A stretch of 62,018 nt of DNA from an uncultured Oscillospiraceae bacterium. GTDB taxonomy: Bacteria; Bacillota; Clostridia; Peptostreptococcales; Anaerovoracaceae. Below, piece after piece: positions 9,495-20,264 of the stretch. The stretch covers positions 1 to 62,018 of the forward strand of contig CAYFMW010000005.1 in NCBI GenBank assembly GCA_964344335.1. Direction: 5' to 3'. Below the pieces are notes generated by a model. That model saw only the letters and a list, made by a program, of their open reading frames with translations. It did not search any database and had not been told where the DNA came from. How positions within the stretch are numbered: position 1 is the stretch's first letter; every line of letters starts with the position of its first letter. Made by a program: the position numbers and the translations under genes.

Positions 9495-10510
9495 ACACAG
9501 TACCGTTTGTTATAGCAGCAATAATAATGTTTGCGCTCTTGGTTGCATCGCACGAGTTCGGACACTTCGCGTCGGCAAAGCTGCTCGGCGTGCGCGTCAA
9601 CGAGTTTTCTATAGGTATGGGACCCCTCATTTTTCAGAGGAAGAAAGGGGAGACCGAGTATTCGCTTCGGGCGCTTCCCATAGGTGGATTTTGCAGAATA
9701 GAAGGAGAGGACGGCGACTCCGAATCCGGCTCCGATGATGAGCGCTCATTTGCGAAGAAGCCCTGGTGGGCGAAGGTCATAATACTCGCCTCGGGAGCTT
9801 TTATGAATATCCTGCTCTGTCTTTTGATTTTGACCATGGTCTTCGTCTATAGCGGAACTTGCACAAATTATCTTGATGAAGTGCTTCCCGGAGGCCCCGC
9901 GGATCTTGCGGGTATAAAGCCCGGCGACAGGATAATCGCCATAGACGGCAAGGATTACAGCGAGTGGGAGAAGATAGTCGGAGTTATTTCCGGTTCCGAT
10001 GGAAAGCCCATGAGCGTGAGCGTCTTAAGGGATGGCGAGAGACTCACTTTTGACTGCGCAGCCGTCGAAAGGGAGGGAAGGTGGGTACTTGGAATCATCT
10101 GCAAGCTGAGCCATTCGCCCTTTGCGGCCTTCAGGCAAAGCTTATCGGCTACGGCGGAGATGTTCAATCAGATGAGACTCTTCTTTGCTCAGCTCTTTGT
10201 CGGCAAAGTCAATACCGACGATGTGGTCGGAGTAGTGGGAATAGTCTCGATAATGAGCGAACAGTCGAAGTACGGCTTCGCTTCGCTCGCGTATCTGGTC
10301 GCGATAATTTCTCTCAATTTGGGACTTGTGAATTTACTGCCTCTTCCCGCGCTGGACGGGGGCAGAATACTTTTCGTGTTTGTGAGGCTCATATTCGGAG
10401 GCAGAATAAGCGACAAGGCGGAGGCCTATGTACATGCCGCGGGGATGATTCTCCTGATGGCATTGATGGTGTTTTTGGTAATCAAGGATGTAAAGAGATT
10501 CGTCCTATAG
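9491..10510 (+). CDS. rseP: RIP site-2 zinc metalloprotease
   Basis: HEFGH motif, a PDZ-like middle region, and a C-terminal LPLPALDGG motif. Confidence 0.9.
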   Translation: MNTVPFVIAAIIMFALLVASHEFGHFASAKLLGVRVNEFSIGMGPLIFQRKKGETEYSLRALPIGGFCRIEGEDGDSESGSDDERSFAKKPWWAKVIILASGAFMNILLCLLILTMVFVYSGTCTNYLDEVLPGGPADLAGIKPGDRIIAIDGKDYSEWEKIVGVISGSDGKPMSVSVLRDGERLTFDCAAVEREGRWVLGIICKLSHSPFAAFRQSLSATAEMFNQMRLFFAQLFVGKVNTDDVVGVVGIVSIMSEQSKYGFASLAYLVAIISLNLGLVNLLPLPALDGGRILFVFVRLIFGGRISDKAEAYVHAAGMILLMALMVFLVIKDVKRFVL

Positions 10511-10518
10511 GAGAATAA

Positions 10519-11586
10519 ATGACGAGGCAGGTTTTCTGCGGGAATGTTCCGATTGGAGGGGGCGCTCCCGTCAGCATACAATCGATGACGAACACGGATA
10601 CACGCGATGCGGCCGCTACGCTCGCGCAAATTTCGCGTCTGGTCGATGCGGGTTGCCAAATCGTGCGCTGCGCCGTTCCCGATATGGAGGCTGCGCAAAG
10701 TATTTCTGCGATTAAAAAGGGCAGTCCCATACCCGTGGTCGCGGACATCCACTTCGATTACAGGCTCGCAATAGCTGCACTCGAAAACGGAGCGAATAAG
10801 GTGCGAATCAATCCCGGCAATATAGGAGGCGAGGAGAAATTCGCAAAAGTTCTCTCCAAGGCAAAGGAATGCGGCGCAGCTGTTCGCATAGGCGTAAACT
10901 CAGGTTCTCTCGAAAAGGAGCTTTTGGCCAAATACGGTGGGGTCTGTGCCGAGGCCCTGTGTGAATCCGCCCTTAAGTCCGTCAAATTCGCCGAATCCGA
11001 GGGTTTTGAATCCATCGTGGTCTCCCTTAAATCCTCGGATGTAAAAGTCAACCACGAGGCTCACAGGCTCTTTGCGGCCCGGAGCGACAGGCCGCTGCAC
11101 ATCGGGCTCACCGAGGCCGGTGCGGGTCGCATGGCCGAGATAAAGAGCTGCGCGGCTCTCGGGGCGCTGCTGCTCGAAGGCATAGGAGATACTATGAGAA
11201 TTTCCTTGACGGGCGACCCGGTGCGCGAGGTTAAACTTGCCGCGGAGCTCCTGCAAGCAGTGGGATTGCGCAGAAGAGGCATAGATTTTATATCCTGTCC
11301 GACCTGCGGCAGGACGAGGGTCGATCTGGACGAAATTGCACGAGAAGTCGAAGAGCGACTCGGGCCGCTTTCCGAAAGGCTCGCAAATAAAGAAATATAT
11401 ATAAAGGTGGCCGTTATGGGATGCGAGGTTAACGGCCCCGGCGAAGCAAAAGATGCCGACTTCGGAGTAGCATGCGGTAAGGGGTGCGGACTGCTGTTTA
11501 AACGCGGAAAGACGCTTAGGACTGTCCCGGAAGACAGGATAGTGCCGGAGCTGATAGAGCTGATAGAAAAAGAATTCCATATATAG
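10519..11586 (+). CDS. ispG: 4-hydroxy-3-methylbut-2-en-1-yl diphosphate synthase
   Basis: VSIQSMTNT.., CPTCGR and GCEVNGPGE motifs. Confidence 0.95.
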   Translation: MTRQVFCGNVPIGGGAPVSIQSMTNTDTRDAAATLAQISRLVDAGCQIVRCAVPDMEAAQSISAIKKGSPIPVVADIHFDYRLAIAALENGANKVRINPGNIGGEEKFAKVLSKAKECGAAVRIGVNSGSLEKELLAKYGGVCAEALCESALKSVKFAESEGFESIVVSLKSSDVKVNHEAHRLFAARSDRPLHIGLTEAGAGRMAEIKSCAALGALLLEGIGDTMRISLTGDPVREVKLAAELLQAVGLRRRGIDFISCPTCGRTRVDLDEIAREVEERLGPLSERLANKEIYIKVAVMGCEVNGPGEAKDADFGVACGKGCGLLFKRGKTLRTVPEDRIVPELIELIEKEFHI

Positions 11587-11608
11587 ATTATTTATTTTGG
11601 AGGGTAAT

Positions 11609-12862
11609 ATGGTCAAAGCAATGATGCAATTCCTTATCGAAAAGGATCCGGAACTGGGTGCCGCCATCGAATTGGAATTAAAGAGGCAGCAGCGCAATAT
11701 CGAACTGATCGCTTCGGAGAACTTCGTAAGCGAAGCGGTGCTCGTCGCGGCGGGAACAGTACTTACAAATAAATATGCTGAAGGTTATAGCGGAAGGCGC
11801 TACTACGGAGGCTGTCAGTATATCGATATTGTCGAGACGCTGGCCATCGAGAGGGCGAAGAAGCTCTTCAACTGCAAGTTCGCAAATGTTCAGCCTCATT
11901 CGGGCTCGAATGCAAACCAGGCGGTATACCTTGCGCTCTGCAAGCCCGGAGATACCGTTATGGGAATGAACCTCGATGACGGAGGACATCTGACTCACGG
12001 TTCTCCCTTCAACCAGTCCGGCAAGCATTACAATATCGTTCCTTACGGGCTCAACCCCGAGACTCAGACCATAGATTACGAAGCCCTCAGACGCATAGCT
12101 TTAGAGAGTCGCCCGAAGATGATAATCGCCGGCGCCTCCGCATATCCCAGAACCATAGATTTTAAGATATTCCGCGAGCTTGCCGACGAGGTAGGAGCCT
12201 ACCTTATGGTCGACATGGCTCATATTGCGGGACTCGTCGCGGCGGGCGAACATCCTTCGCCGCTTCCCTATGCGCACGCCGTTACAAGCACCACCCATAA
12301 AACCCTCAGAGGACCCCGCGGAGGCTTGATACTTACGAACGACGAGGCTGTCGCAAAGAAGTTGAATTCGGCTGTCTTTCCGGGCACCCAGGGCGGTCCG
12401 CTCGAGCATATAATCGCCGCCAAGGCCGTCGCTTTCGAAGAGGCTCTAAAGCCTGAATTTAAAGAATATCAGCACCGCATAATCCTCAACGCGCGCGCTC
12501 TTGCAAAGGGATTGCTCGACCGCGGCTTCGATCTGGTATCCGGCGGAACCGATACCCATCTGCTGCTCGTGGACCTGCGCAAATTCGGCATCACCGGCAA
12601 GGAGATGGAGGAGAGGCTGGACCATGTTTATATCACCGTCAACAAGAACATGATACCCGGAGACCCCCAGCCTCCGATGCTCACCAGCGGCATAAGGATT
12701 GGAACCTCCGCGGTTACGACCAGAGGATTCGACGAAAAGGATATGGACAAAGTAGCGGAGCTGATTTACATGGCCGCGAAGGACATAAATAACGAGGAGC
12801 GCATTCGCAAGGAAGTGGAGGGGCTCTGCAGCAGATATCCACTGTACGAGGAAAGATTGTAA
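11609..12862 (+). CDS. glyA: serine hydroxymethyltransferase
   Basis: ELIASENF.., [13 protein letters not shown] chose the ATG at 11609 because GGAGG lies 5 nt upstream; the ORF track opens at the TTG at 11597. Confidence 0.95.
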   Translation: MVKAMMQFLIEKDPELGAAIELELKRQQRNIELIASENFVSEAVLVAAGTVLTNKYAEGYSGRRYYGGCQYIDIVETLAIERAKKLFNCKFANVQPHSGSNANQAVYLALCKPGDTVMGMNLDDGGHLTHGSPFNQSGKHYNIVPYGLNPETQTIDYEALRRIALESRPKMIIAGASAYPRTIDFKIFRELADEVGAYLMVDMAHIAGLVAAGEHPSPLPYAHAVTSTTHKTLRGPRGGLILTNDEAVAKKLNSAVFPGTQGGPLEHIIAAKAVAFEEALKPEFKEYQHRIILNARALAKGLLDRGFDLVSGGTDTHLLLVDLRKFGITGKEMEERLDHVYITVNKNMIPGDPQPPMLTSGIRIGTSAVTTRGFDEKDMDKVAELIYMAAKDINNEERIRKEVEGLCSRYPLYEERL

Positions 12863-12944
12863 TAGCTGGATTTCCTGCGATTTTGCGTCAAAATCTCTTG
12901 CAATATCTGTAAACTGTGGTACTATAATAAACGATAAGTTATTC

Positions 12945-12977
12945 CTGAAGAGTGGGCGGGCCCACTCTTCAGTTTTT
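12945..12977 (+). terminator. intrinsic terminator (glyA terminator and/or rimP-nusA leader attenuator)
   Basis: A 12-bp perfect stem (CTGAAGAGTGGG/CCCACTCTTCAG) with a CGGG loop is followed by TTTTT. It ends 3 nt before the rimP RBS. Confidence 0.8.
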
Positions 12978-12987
12978 AGGAGGAGGA

Positions 12988-13467
12988 ATGGCTGCTAAAA
13001 ATCTGAGCGAACTGATAGAACAGTGGTTGCTGGAATTTGAAGAAGCGGGCTCTTACGAGCTCAGCCGCGTTACCTATACCAAGGAGGGAAAGGAACGCTA
13101 CCTGAGGGTCTTCGTGGATAAACTCGAAGGCGACGGATACGGCAGAATGGGCACGGAGGACTGCGTCAAGCTAAGCAGGTATTTAAGCGCCAGACTCGAT
13201 GAGGCGGATCCGATAAAGGATGCCTACTTCCTGGAGGTTTCGTCTCCTGGTCTGGACAGGCCGCTCATATCGGAGAAGGATTTTCAGCGTTTTAAGGGCG
13301 AGCTTATAGAGATAAGCCTCTATAAGGCCGTGGACGGAAGGAAGTTCCATACGGGCAGGCTCATCGCTTATAGCGAAGGCAATATAACAATCGTCGGCGA
13401 CGACGGCAAGGAGAGAGTTTTTAATTATAAAGATGCGGCCAAGGTTAATTTGGCTGTCACTTTTTAA
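12988..13467 (+). CDS. rimP: ribosome maturation factor RimP
   Basis: Typical RimP sequence, in the rimP-nusA synteny. The ATG at 12988 is preceded by AGGAGGAGG. The longer tracked ORF runs through the terminator hairpin. Confidence 0.9.
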   Translation: MAAKNLSELIEQWLLEFEEAGSYELSRVTYTKEGKERYLRVFVDKLEGDGYGRMGTEDCVKLSRYLSARLDEADPIKDAYFLEVSSPGLDRPLISEKDFQRFKGELIEISLYKAVDGRKFHTGRLIAYSEGNITIVGDDGKERVFNYKDAAKVNLAVTF

Positions 13468-13478
13468 GGAGGTTCTGA

Positions 13479-14783
13479 ATGAACATAGATTTCATCGAAG
13501 CTGTTGAGGCTCTTCAGCGCGAAAGGGGCATCCCCAAGGAGGCGCTATTCGAGGCTATAGAGAGCGCGCTGGTTTCGGCGTACAAAAAGAATTACAACGA
13601 TGCGCAGAATGTGCGCATAATCATAGACCAGGAGAGCGGTGCCGTCCATGTCTTTATGCGAAGAGACATAGTTGAGGAGGTCGAGGATCCCTTCTCCCAG
13701 TGCAGTCTGGAGGAGGCTCAGTCGATAGACCCCGATTACGAGCTTGGCGATGTAATCGAATACATGGTCAATCCGCAGGGCTTCGGGCGCATAGCCGCAC
13801 AGTCCGCAAAGCAGGTCGTAATGCAGAAGATACGCGAGACCGAGCGCGGGATGATCTTCGATGAATTTATTGCCCGTCAGGGCGAAATAGTAACCGGAAC
13901 CGTTCAGAGGGTAAGCAACGACACGGTCTTTGTAACCATGGGTAGAGCGGAAGGTATACTTTCGAGAAACGAGCAGATTCCCGGCGAAAGATACAGATAT
14001 AACGACAGGATTAAGGTCTTCGTAATGGATGTTAAAAAGACCTCAAAGGGGCCTCAGGTATTTTTATCCAGGTCTCATCCGGGACTCGTTAAAAGACTCT
14101 TCGAGCTGGAGGTTCCCGAGATTCAGGAAGGCGTTGTGGAGATAAAGAGCATCGCGCGCGAGGCGGGATCGAGGACTAAAATTGCAGTCTGCACCTACGA
14201 CGAGAATGTCGACCCGGTGGGTTCATGCGTCGGAACGAGGGGTACCAGAGTGCAGGCAGTAGTCGATGAGCTCTCAGGAGAGAAGATAGATATAATCAAC
14301 TGGAGCGAGGAGCCCGGCAAGCTGATAAGCAGCGCGCTGTCTCCGGCAAAGGTCGAGATGGTGCTGATAGACGAGGTCGGAAGATCCGCGACGGCGGTGG
14401 TTCCCGATTATCAGCTCTCGCTTGCGATCGGCAAGGAGGGTCAGAATGTAAGACTCGCCGCTAAGCTCTGCGGATGGAAGATAGATATCAAGAGCCACAC
14501 TCAGTATCAGCCCACCCTCGATGCCATGAGTGCTGCGGCGGATGAGTTCGAGTACGGCGAGGATGAGGTTCTTGCACATGATTACGATGGAGCCGGCTTC
14601 GAAGCGGAGGATGCAGTCGAAGAACTCGAATTCGATATACCCACTCCTTCCAGGATTAAGCGGATGAAAAAGGCGGAGCTCGTAGAGTTTGCGGAGAGCA
14701 TGGAGATCGAAATGGATCCCGATGCCACGAATGCCGTGATGGCAGATACGATAATTGCCGCTTTGGAGGAACGGGGTCTATAG
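13479..14783 (+). CDS. nusA: transcription termination/antitermination factor NusA with extra C-terminal HeH/Rho_N-like tail
   Basis: It has the N-terminal domain, S1 and two KH domains (GSCVGTRGTRVQ; AIGKEGQNVRLA), then an acidic linker and the tail KKAELVEFAESMEIEM... Confidence 0.93.
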   Translation: MNIDFIEAVEALQRERGIPKEALFEAIESALVSAYKKNYNDAQNVRIIIDQESGAVHVFMRRDIVEEVEDPFSQCSLEEAQSIDPDYELGDVIEYMVNPQGFGRIAAQSAKQVVMQKIRETERGMIFDEFIARQGEIVTGTVQRVSNDTVFVTMGRAEGILSRNEQIPGERYRYNDRIKVFVMDVKKTSKGPQVFLSRSHPGLVKRLFELEVPEIQEGVVEIKSIAREAGSRTKIAVCTYDENVDPVGSCVGTRGTRVQAVVDELSGEKIDIINWSEEPGKLISSALSPAKVEMVLIDEVGRSATAVVPDYQLSLAIGKEGQNVRLAAKLCGWKIDIKSHTQYQPTLDAMSAAADEFEYGEDEVLAHDYDGAGFEAEDAVEELEFDIPTPSRIKRMKKAELVEFAESMEIEMDPDATNAVMADTIIAALEERGL

Positions 14784-15053
14784 ATGAAAGCCAAGAAGGT
14801 TCCGGAGAGGAGATGCATAGCCTGCATGAAGGTCGCCCCAAAGAGCGAGCTGCTTCGCATAGTTGCGACGGATACGGGGGTTAAGGCCGATCCGGGAGGC
14901 AAGATGAACGGAAGAGGTGCATATATATGCAGGAGCATGAGTTGCCTCGAACTTGCTTTGAAGAAGAAAGCGCTTTCTCGGAATTTAAAGAAGGAAATGA
15001 GCCGAGAGGAAGTGCAGATCTTGGCGGAAGAGCTCGCTGAAATGTTGAAATAA
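14784..15053 (+). CDS. ylxR: YlxR/RnpM (DUF448) family protein
   Basis: RRCIAC...GRGAYIC motif. It sits between nusA and infB. Confidence 0.85.
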   Translation: MKAKKVPERRCIACMKVAPKSELLRIVATDTGVKADPGGKMNGRGAYICRSMSCLELALKKKALSRNLKKEMSREEVQILAEELAEMLK

Positions 15054-15068
15054 TACCGGAGGTGTTTT

Positions 15069-18032
15069 ATGGTCGATAACGAGACTAAGGTGGTTAAAGC
15101 AAAAAATACCACAAAAAGAAAGAAAAAAGAGCCCGCCGGCTCGTCCCAGGTCGAAATTCGCCCTGTCGATATATCTGTAATCGAGGCGCAGCAGGCAAGA
15201 AGAAGCAGGTCGACGGCTCCCCAGCGGGAAAGGGCTGCGGAATCCGAAAAACGGGCAGGTTCCGCTCAGTCTTCCCGTCAAGCTCCCAGGTCGGGAATGC
15301 CGCCTGTAGGGGCAAATTTCCAGTTCGGCAAACCCATGCCCAAGAAGGCGGTTCCGCAGAACCTGGATGATACTCCGGCTGCAAGCAAGGATGAGCCTGA
15401 AAAAACCATTCCCGCGGAGGCTCCGAAGGTAGAGAGCAAGACCGATACGGCGGTAGAGACAAAGCTTGAGACTCCGGTTGAACCCAAGCAAGAGCCCAAG
15501 CTCGATGCTCCGGTTGACACTAAGCCCGAACCAAAACCCGCAGCGAGCGTTGTCGAAGATAAAAAGAAGGAGCCGGAACTTTATATAGATAAGAGTCTCG
15601 ATATCGGCGTAAAGATTATAAAGAAGACGCAGCCCGAAGCTGCGCCCTCTGCGAAAGTGGAAGAAGTGAGTGCAAAGCCGGAAGCCGAGGCGAAAACCTC
15701 CGGAAAAGAAGAGCCCCGAGCCAAGGCAAAGCCCGCAGATAAGAGACCCGAAGCAAGGAAGCCGGCAGCGAAGACTTCGTCCGAAGCCGCCAAGGATGCA
15801 ACGGCCGAAAAGCAGGCTCCCGCAAAGCCGCAAGCGGACAAGAAGCCGGCGCAGCCCAAGAAGAGAGATTTCTTCCCGAATATCGGAGTAAAGATAGTCA
15901 AGACTGCCGAGCAGGTAGAGCAGGAGCAGGAACAGAGAAGGGCAAAGAGGGCCGCGGCCGAAAAGAAAAAGCCGGAGCGCAAGCCTAAGGAATATAAGAA
16001 GGATGCCGACCAGGCGAGCGAGGAAACTGCACCGCGCAGGATGAGCTATAAGGGCAAAAAGACCAGCGAAGGCGGAAGAGAGAAAGTTGTCGCCTATACG
16101 GCTCCGAGCGGAAAGAGCAGCAGCAGGAGGCGCGGAAAAACCGACAGGCGCAAGAAGAGCTACGAGGACGCCGTCGTTCCCAACCTGACAAAGGCCACCA
16201 GAAAGAAGCACAGTCAGTATAGGGATAACAGGCCGGAGGAAGTCGTTCAGAGCGCCGCAGAGATCGAGGCCGCTGCGACAGGAGGCACCCTTATAGATGT
16301 ACCCATAACCGTGGGAGGATTCTGCGAGCAGCTGGATGTTTCAGCCGCCGATGCGATTATGACCCTCATGAAGATGGGCATAATGGCAAATATCAATCAG
16401 AATCTCGATGAAGAGACAGCCGTGCTTTTAGGAATGGAGCTCGGAAAGGTCGTCGTCGTCAATAAGGTGGAAGAGCTTCCCGATCTCGAGGAGATACTCG
16501 ATCTTCGAGAGGACAGCGAGGACGAACTCAAGGACCGTCCGCCGGTAATCACCGTTATGGGCCATGTAGACCACGGAAAGACATCGCTTCTGGATGCTAT
16601 CAGGAGCACCAATGTTACAAAGGCGGAGGCCGGTGGAATAACGCAGCACATCGGCGCTTCCGAGATAGAGATAAACGACCAGAAGATAGTCTTCCTGGAT
16701 ACTCCGGGTCACGAGGCATTTACGGCAATGAGGGCGAGGGGGGCTCATGTTACGGATATCGCCGTATTGGTGGTGGCCGCCGACGACTCGGTAAAGCCCC
16801 AGACGATAGAGTCCATAACTCATGCTAAGGCTGCGGGCGTGCCTATAATCGTCGCTATAAACAAGATAGACAAACCTGCCGCGAATATCGACAGGGTTAA
16901 GAAGGACCTTGCGGAAAATAATGTGCTTGTCGAGGATTGGGGAGGAGAGACTATAACCGTCCCCGTATCGGCAAAGACGGGAGAGGGAATCAAGGATCTG
17001 CTCGAAATGATACTCATTCAGGCGGAGATGCTGGAGCTCAAGGCGAATCCCGACAGGCTAGCCACGGGAACGGTTATCGAGGCGAGGCTCGACAAATCGA
17101 GAGGTCCGATAGCCACCCTGCTCGTTACGAACGGTACATTGCAGGTGAGCCAGGCGATAGTCGTCGGCACGGTATCCGGAAGGATTCGCGTGATGGTCGA
17201 CTGGAAAGGAAACCGCATACGCAAGGCCGGGCCTTCGCGCGCGGTTGAAATTACGGGACTTACCGATGTTCCCCAGGCCGGAGACGAGTTCTATGTCGTT
17301 GAGGACGAGAGGCTCGCAAGGGAGATTGCCGCCAAGAGGCAGGAGAGGCTAAGGGAGCAGACGCTTGCAAGGAGTGCGGGTACCAGCCTCGAGGAGCTCT
17401 TTGCAAACCTGCAGGAGGGAGAGATGAAGGATCTCAACCTCATAATAAAGGCCGATGTCCAAGGTTCGGTCGGAGCTCTGCAGGCTTCTTTAGAGAAGCT
17501 CCGCAACGAGAATGTGCGCGTTCAGATAATACACAGCTCGGTGGGCACCGTCTCCGAGTCGGATGTTATGCTCGCGACCACTTCAGGCGCGATTATCATA
17601 GGCTTTAATGTAAGGCCCAACTCGGCCGTTCAGGCGATGGCCGACAGAGAAGGCGTCGAGATTAGAACCTACAGGGTCATCTACGAGGTAATCGAGGAGA
17701 TCGAGGCCGCCATGAAGGGCATGCTCGCTCCGAAGTTCAAGGAAGTGATACTCGGAAAGGCTCAGGTCAGAGAGACCTTCAAGGTTCCCGGTGCGGGCAC
17801 CATAGCCGGAGCTTATGTCATGGAAGGCAAGATACTCAGGAATGCTCAGATAAGGCTGCTCCGGGACGGAATAGTCGTCCACGAGGGTACGATTTCGTCG
17901 CTTAAGAGGTTCAAGGACGATGCCAGAGAGGTCAACACCGGCTTCGAATGCGGAATAGGAATAGAGAAGTATAACGACATAAAAGAAGGCGATGTAATAG
18001 AAGCTTTCGAAATGCAAGAGGTGGAGAGATAA
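15069..18032 (+). CDS. infB: translation initiation factor IF-2
   Basis: G domain ([24 protein letters not shown]) preceded by a long K/E/P/A-rich N-terminal region. Confidence 0.97.
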   Translation: MVDNETKVVKAKNTTKRKKKEPAGSSQVEIRPVDISVIEAQQARRSRSTAPQRERAAESEKRAGSAQSSRQAPRSGMPPVGANFQFGKPMPKKAVPQNLDDTPAASKDEPEKTIPAEAPKVESKTDTAVETKLETPVEPKQEPKLDAPVDTKPEPKPAASVVEDKKKEPELYIDKSLDIGVKIIKKTQPEAAPSAKVEEVSAKPEAEAKTSGKEEPRAKAKPADKRPEARKPAAKTSSEAAKDATAEKQAPAKPQADKKPAQPKKRDFFPNIGVKIVKTAEQVEQEQEQRRAKRAAAEKKKPERKPKEYKKDADQASEETAPRRMSYKGKKTSEGGREKVVAYTAPSGKSSSRRRGKTDRRKKSYEDAVVPNLTKATRKKHSQYRDNRPEEVVQSAAEIEAAATGGTLIDVPITVGGFCEQLDVSAADAIMTLMKMGIMANINQNLDEETAVLLGMELGKVVVVNKVEELPDLEEILDLREDSEDELKDRPPVITVMGHVDHGKTSLLDAIRSTNVTKAEAGGITQHIGASEIEINDQKIVFLDTPGHEAFTAMRARGAHVTDIAVLVVAADDSVKPQTIESITHAKAAGVPIIVAINKIDKPAANIDRVKKDLAENNVLVEDWGGETITVPVSAKTGEGIKDLLEMILIQAEMLELKANPDRLATGTVIEARLDKSRGPIATLLVTNGTLQVSQAIVVGTVSGRIRVMVDWKGNRIRKAGPSRAVEITGLTDVPQAGDEFYVVEDERLAREIAAKRQERLREQTLARSAGTSLEELFANLQEGEMKDLNLIIKADVQGSVGALQASLEKLRNENVRVQIIHSSVGTVSESDVMLATTSGAIIIGFNVRPNSAVQAMADREGVEIRTYRVIYEVIEEIEAAMKGMLAPKFKEVILGKAQVRETFKVPGAGTIAGAYVMEGKILRNAQIRLLRDGIVVHEGTISSLKRFKDDAREVNTGFECGIGIEKYNDIKEGDVIEAFEMQEVER

Positions 18033-18445
18033 TGGGTAAGTCCCACAAGCCGCAGCACATGGGGGAGCAGATCCGAAAGATACTCGGAGATATGCTCATA
18101 AAGGAGGAGATTAAGGACTCCGCTTTTTCGGGCACCATGGTAAGCATCAACGCGGCGCATGTAACAAAGGATTGCAGCTACGCGACCGTCTATATCAGTT
18201 GCCTTGAGTATTCGTCGGGCGACTGCGCTGAGGAAAAGCGCAGCGAGATTCTTGAAGCTCTGGACAGGAGCAAGGGTTTTATAAGAAAAGAGATAAGCAG
18301 GCGTATCAAGACCCGCCATGTGCCCGAGCTTTTATTCAAATACGACGCCAGTCTGGAATACGGGGCGAAGATAGACAGGCTGCTCGACAGCCTCGATATT
18401 CCCGAAGATGACGAGGAGCCGGGTGAGGAGGATTTTGGCGATTGA
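18032..18445 (+). CDS. rbfA: ribosome-binding factor A
   Basis: RbfA-like sequence with an acidic tail, in conserved synteny. Its start overlaps the infB stop by 1 nt. Confidence 0.9.
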   Translation: MGKSHKPQHMGEQIRKILGDMLIKEEIKDSAFSGTMVSINAAHVTKDCSYATVYISCLEYSSGDCAEEKRSEILEALDRSKGFIRKEISRRIKTRHVPELLFKYDASLEYGAKIDRLLDSLDIPEDDEEPGEEDFGD

Positions 18446-19398
18446 AGCACGATTGGTCACAAATCATAGAAGAGCTTAAAAAAGCCGAAAGAATTCTTTG
18501 CTTTACGCATGTCAATATGGATGGCGACGCTATGGGTTCTTCTGTGGCGTTTTGCCGCAGCATGAGATTGCTCGGCAAGCGTTGCCATGTACTTTTAGAG
18601 GACGAAGTGCCCGACGATCTGGCTTTTCTGGATGCGGAGGGTTGCTTCGTTCATGAATCCCCCGGAAGGCCGGATCTCGCAGTTGTTTTAGATTGCGGGG
18701 ATGCTACAAGACTCGAAAACCGCAAGGACCTATTCTATACTGCACCCGTAACGATTTCCATCGATCACCATCTTTCGGACGAAAAATTTACGGATCTGGA
18801 ACTTAGAGATATCGAAGCTTCCGCCACTGCAAGCCTGGTATTCGATTTACTCAAAGAAATGGGTGCGCCCATAGATAAAAATATTGCGGAAAATATCTAT
18901 GCCGCGATACTTACGGATACCGGCAGGTTTTGTTACAACAACTGTACGGCGAAGACGCACGAAGATGTCGCGGAGCTCTATAAATACGGTATAGATCATG
19001 TTTTAATATGTGCGAATATTTACGATGAGCTTCCCGAGGCCAGGTGGAAGCTGGAGAATCTGGTAATAGACAGAATGGAGCGCTTTGCCGGAGGTCTTGC
19101 GGCGATTTCCTATACGACCGAGGAGGATCTGCAAAGAATCGGTGCTACGCAGGCGATGAGCGAATACTGCAGCGATAGACTCAGGAGCGTAAAGGGAGTT
19201 GAAATGAGCGCCTTTCTTAAACAGAGGGGCGAGAATAAGTATAAGGTTTCGCTGCGTTCCAAGAACTATGCGAATGTCAGGGCGCTTGCCTCGGCCTTCG
19301 GCGGAGGCGGCCACGAGAGAGCCAGCGGATGCACCATATATGCGGATCTTGAGAGCGCAATAAAGATGCTCAAAGAAGAGATGGAAAAGCATTTATGA
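18442..19398 (+). CDS. nrnA: DHH-family phosphoesterase (NrnA-like oligoribonuclease/pAp phosphatase)
   Basis: NMDGDAMGS, DHH and GGGGH motifs. The TTG start overlaps the rbfA stop. Confidence 0.8.
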   Translation: MKHDWSQIIEELKKAERILCFTHVNMDGDAMGSSVAFCRSMRLLGKRCHVLLEDEVPDDLAFLDAEGCFVHESPGRPDLAVVLDCGDATRLENRKDLFYTAPVTISIDHHLSDEKFTDLELRDIEASATASLVFDLLKEMGAPIDKNIAENIYAAILTDTGRFCYNNCTAKTHEDVAELYKYGIDHVLICANIYDELPEARWKLENLVIDRMERFAGGLAAISYTTEEDLQRIGATQAMSEYCSDRLRSVKGVEMSAFLKQRGENKYKVSLRSKNYANVRALASAFGGGGHERASGCTIYADLESAIKMLKEEMEKHL

Positions 19399-20264
19399 AC
19401 GGAATCTTGAATCTTCATAAGCCGGCGGGCCCTACAAGCTTCGACTGCGTAGCCGCGGTCAGAAGAGTTGCGGAGGGAGCAAAGACCGGGCACGGCGGGA
19501 CGCTCGACCCCATGGCCGAAGGCGTCCTTGCAATTTGTGTAGGGAAGGCCACGAGGCTGATCGAATACATGGATGAGAATTCAAAGAGCTATATCTGCGG
19601 CTGCCGGCTAGGACTGCGCACAGACACTCTGGATATCTGGGGTGAGCCGCTCAGCGAGGACAGACAAGGAGCCGGAAAGATAAGCAAGGACGATTTCGAG
19701 ACCGCGCTGCAAAAATTCCGCGGCGAAATATTGCAAACACCTCCGATGTATTCCGCCGTCAGCGTAGGCGGCAAGAGACTATATCAGTATGCACGCGAAG
19801 GAAAGAGCGTGGAAGTCGCTCCGCGAAAGGTCAGCATTTTTAATATAGATCTTCTTGAATGGAATGATGAGCTTAAGGAAGCCGTATTCGAGCTGGAGTG
19901 CTCCAGAGGGACATATGTAAGAAGTATCTGCGGCGATATAGGCGAGTTACTCGGATGCGGGGCCAGCATGAGTTCGCTGCTGAGGACACGGACCTGCGGC
20001 CTGGATATAGAAAAATCCGTACCGCTCGAAGAGGTTAAGGAAATGTCCGCACAGAAGCTCGAAAGCATACTGCTGCCGATGGAGACGGCGCTCGGACACA
20101 TTGAAAGACTGGAGCTCGATGAGGATAGGGCAAAGCGTTTCGTAAACGGACTTCCCTCATGGTCCGCCGGCCTCGAAAGCGAAGGACTTCGCGCGGTGTT
20201 TTCGGATTCCGGACTCCTCGGAACCGCAAGGGATGGGAAGATAGAGAAGGTACTAAGCTTATGA
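19395..20264 (+). CDS. truB: tRNA pseudouridine(55) synthase
   Basis: GHGGTLDP motif, in conserved synteny. Confidence 0.93.
   Translation: MNGILNLHKPAGPTSFDCVAAVRRVAEGAKTGHGGTLDPMAEGVLAICVGKATRLIEYMDENSKSYICGCRLGLRTDTLDIWGEPLSEDRQGAGKISKDDFETALQKFRGEILQTPPMYSAVSVGGKRLYQYAREGKSVEVAPRKVSIFNIDLLEWNDELKEAVFELECSRGTYVRSICGDIGELLGCGASMSSLLRTRTCGLDIEKSVPLEEVKEMSAQKLESILLPMETALGHIERLELDEDRAKRFVNGLPSWSAGLESEGLRAVFSDSGLLGTARDGKIEKVLSL

Noticed and set aside
12952-12987. Upstream extension of the rimP ORF (GTG at 12952)
   Set aside because: The extension is encoded by the terminator hairpin itself. The ATG at 12988 has a perfect RBS.
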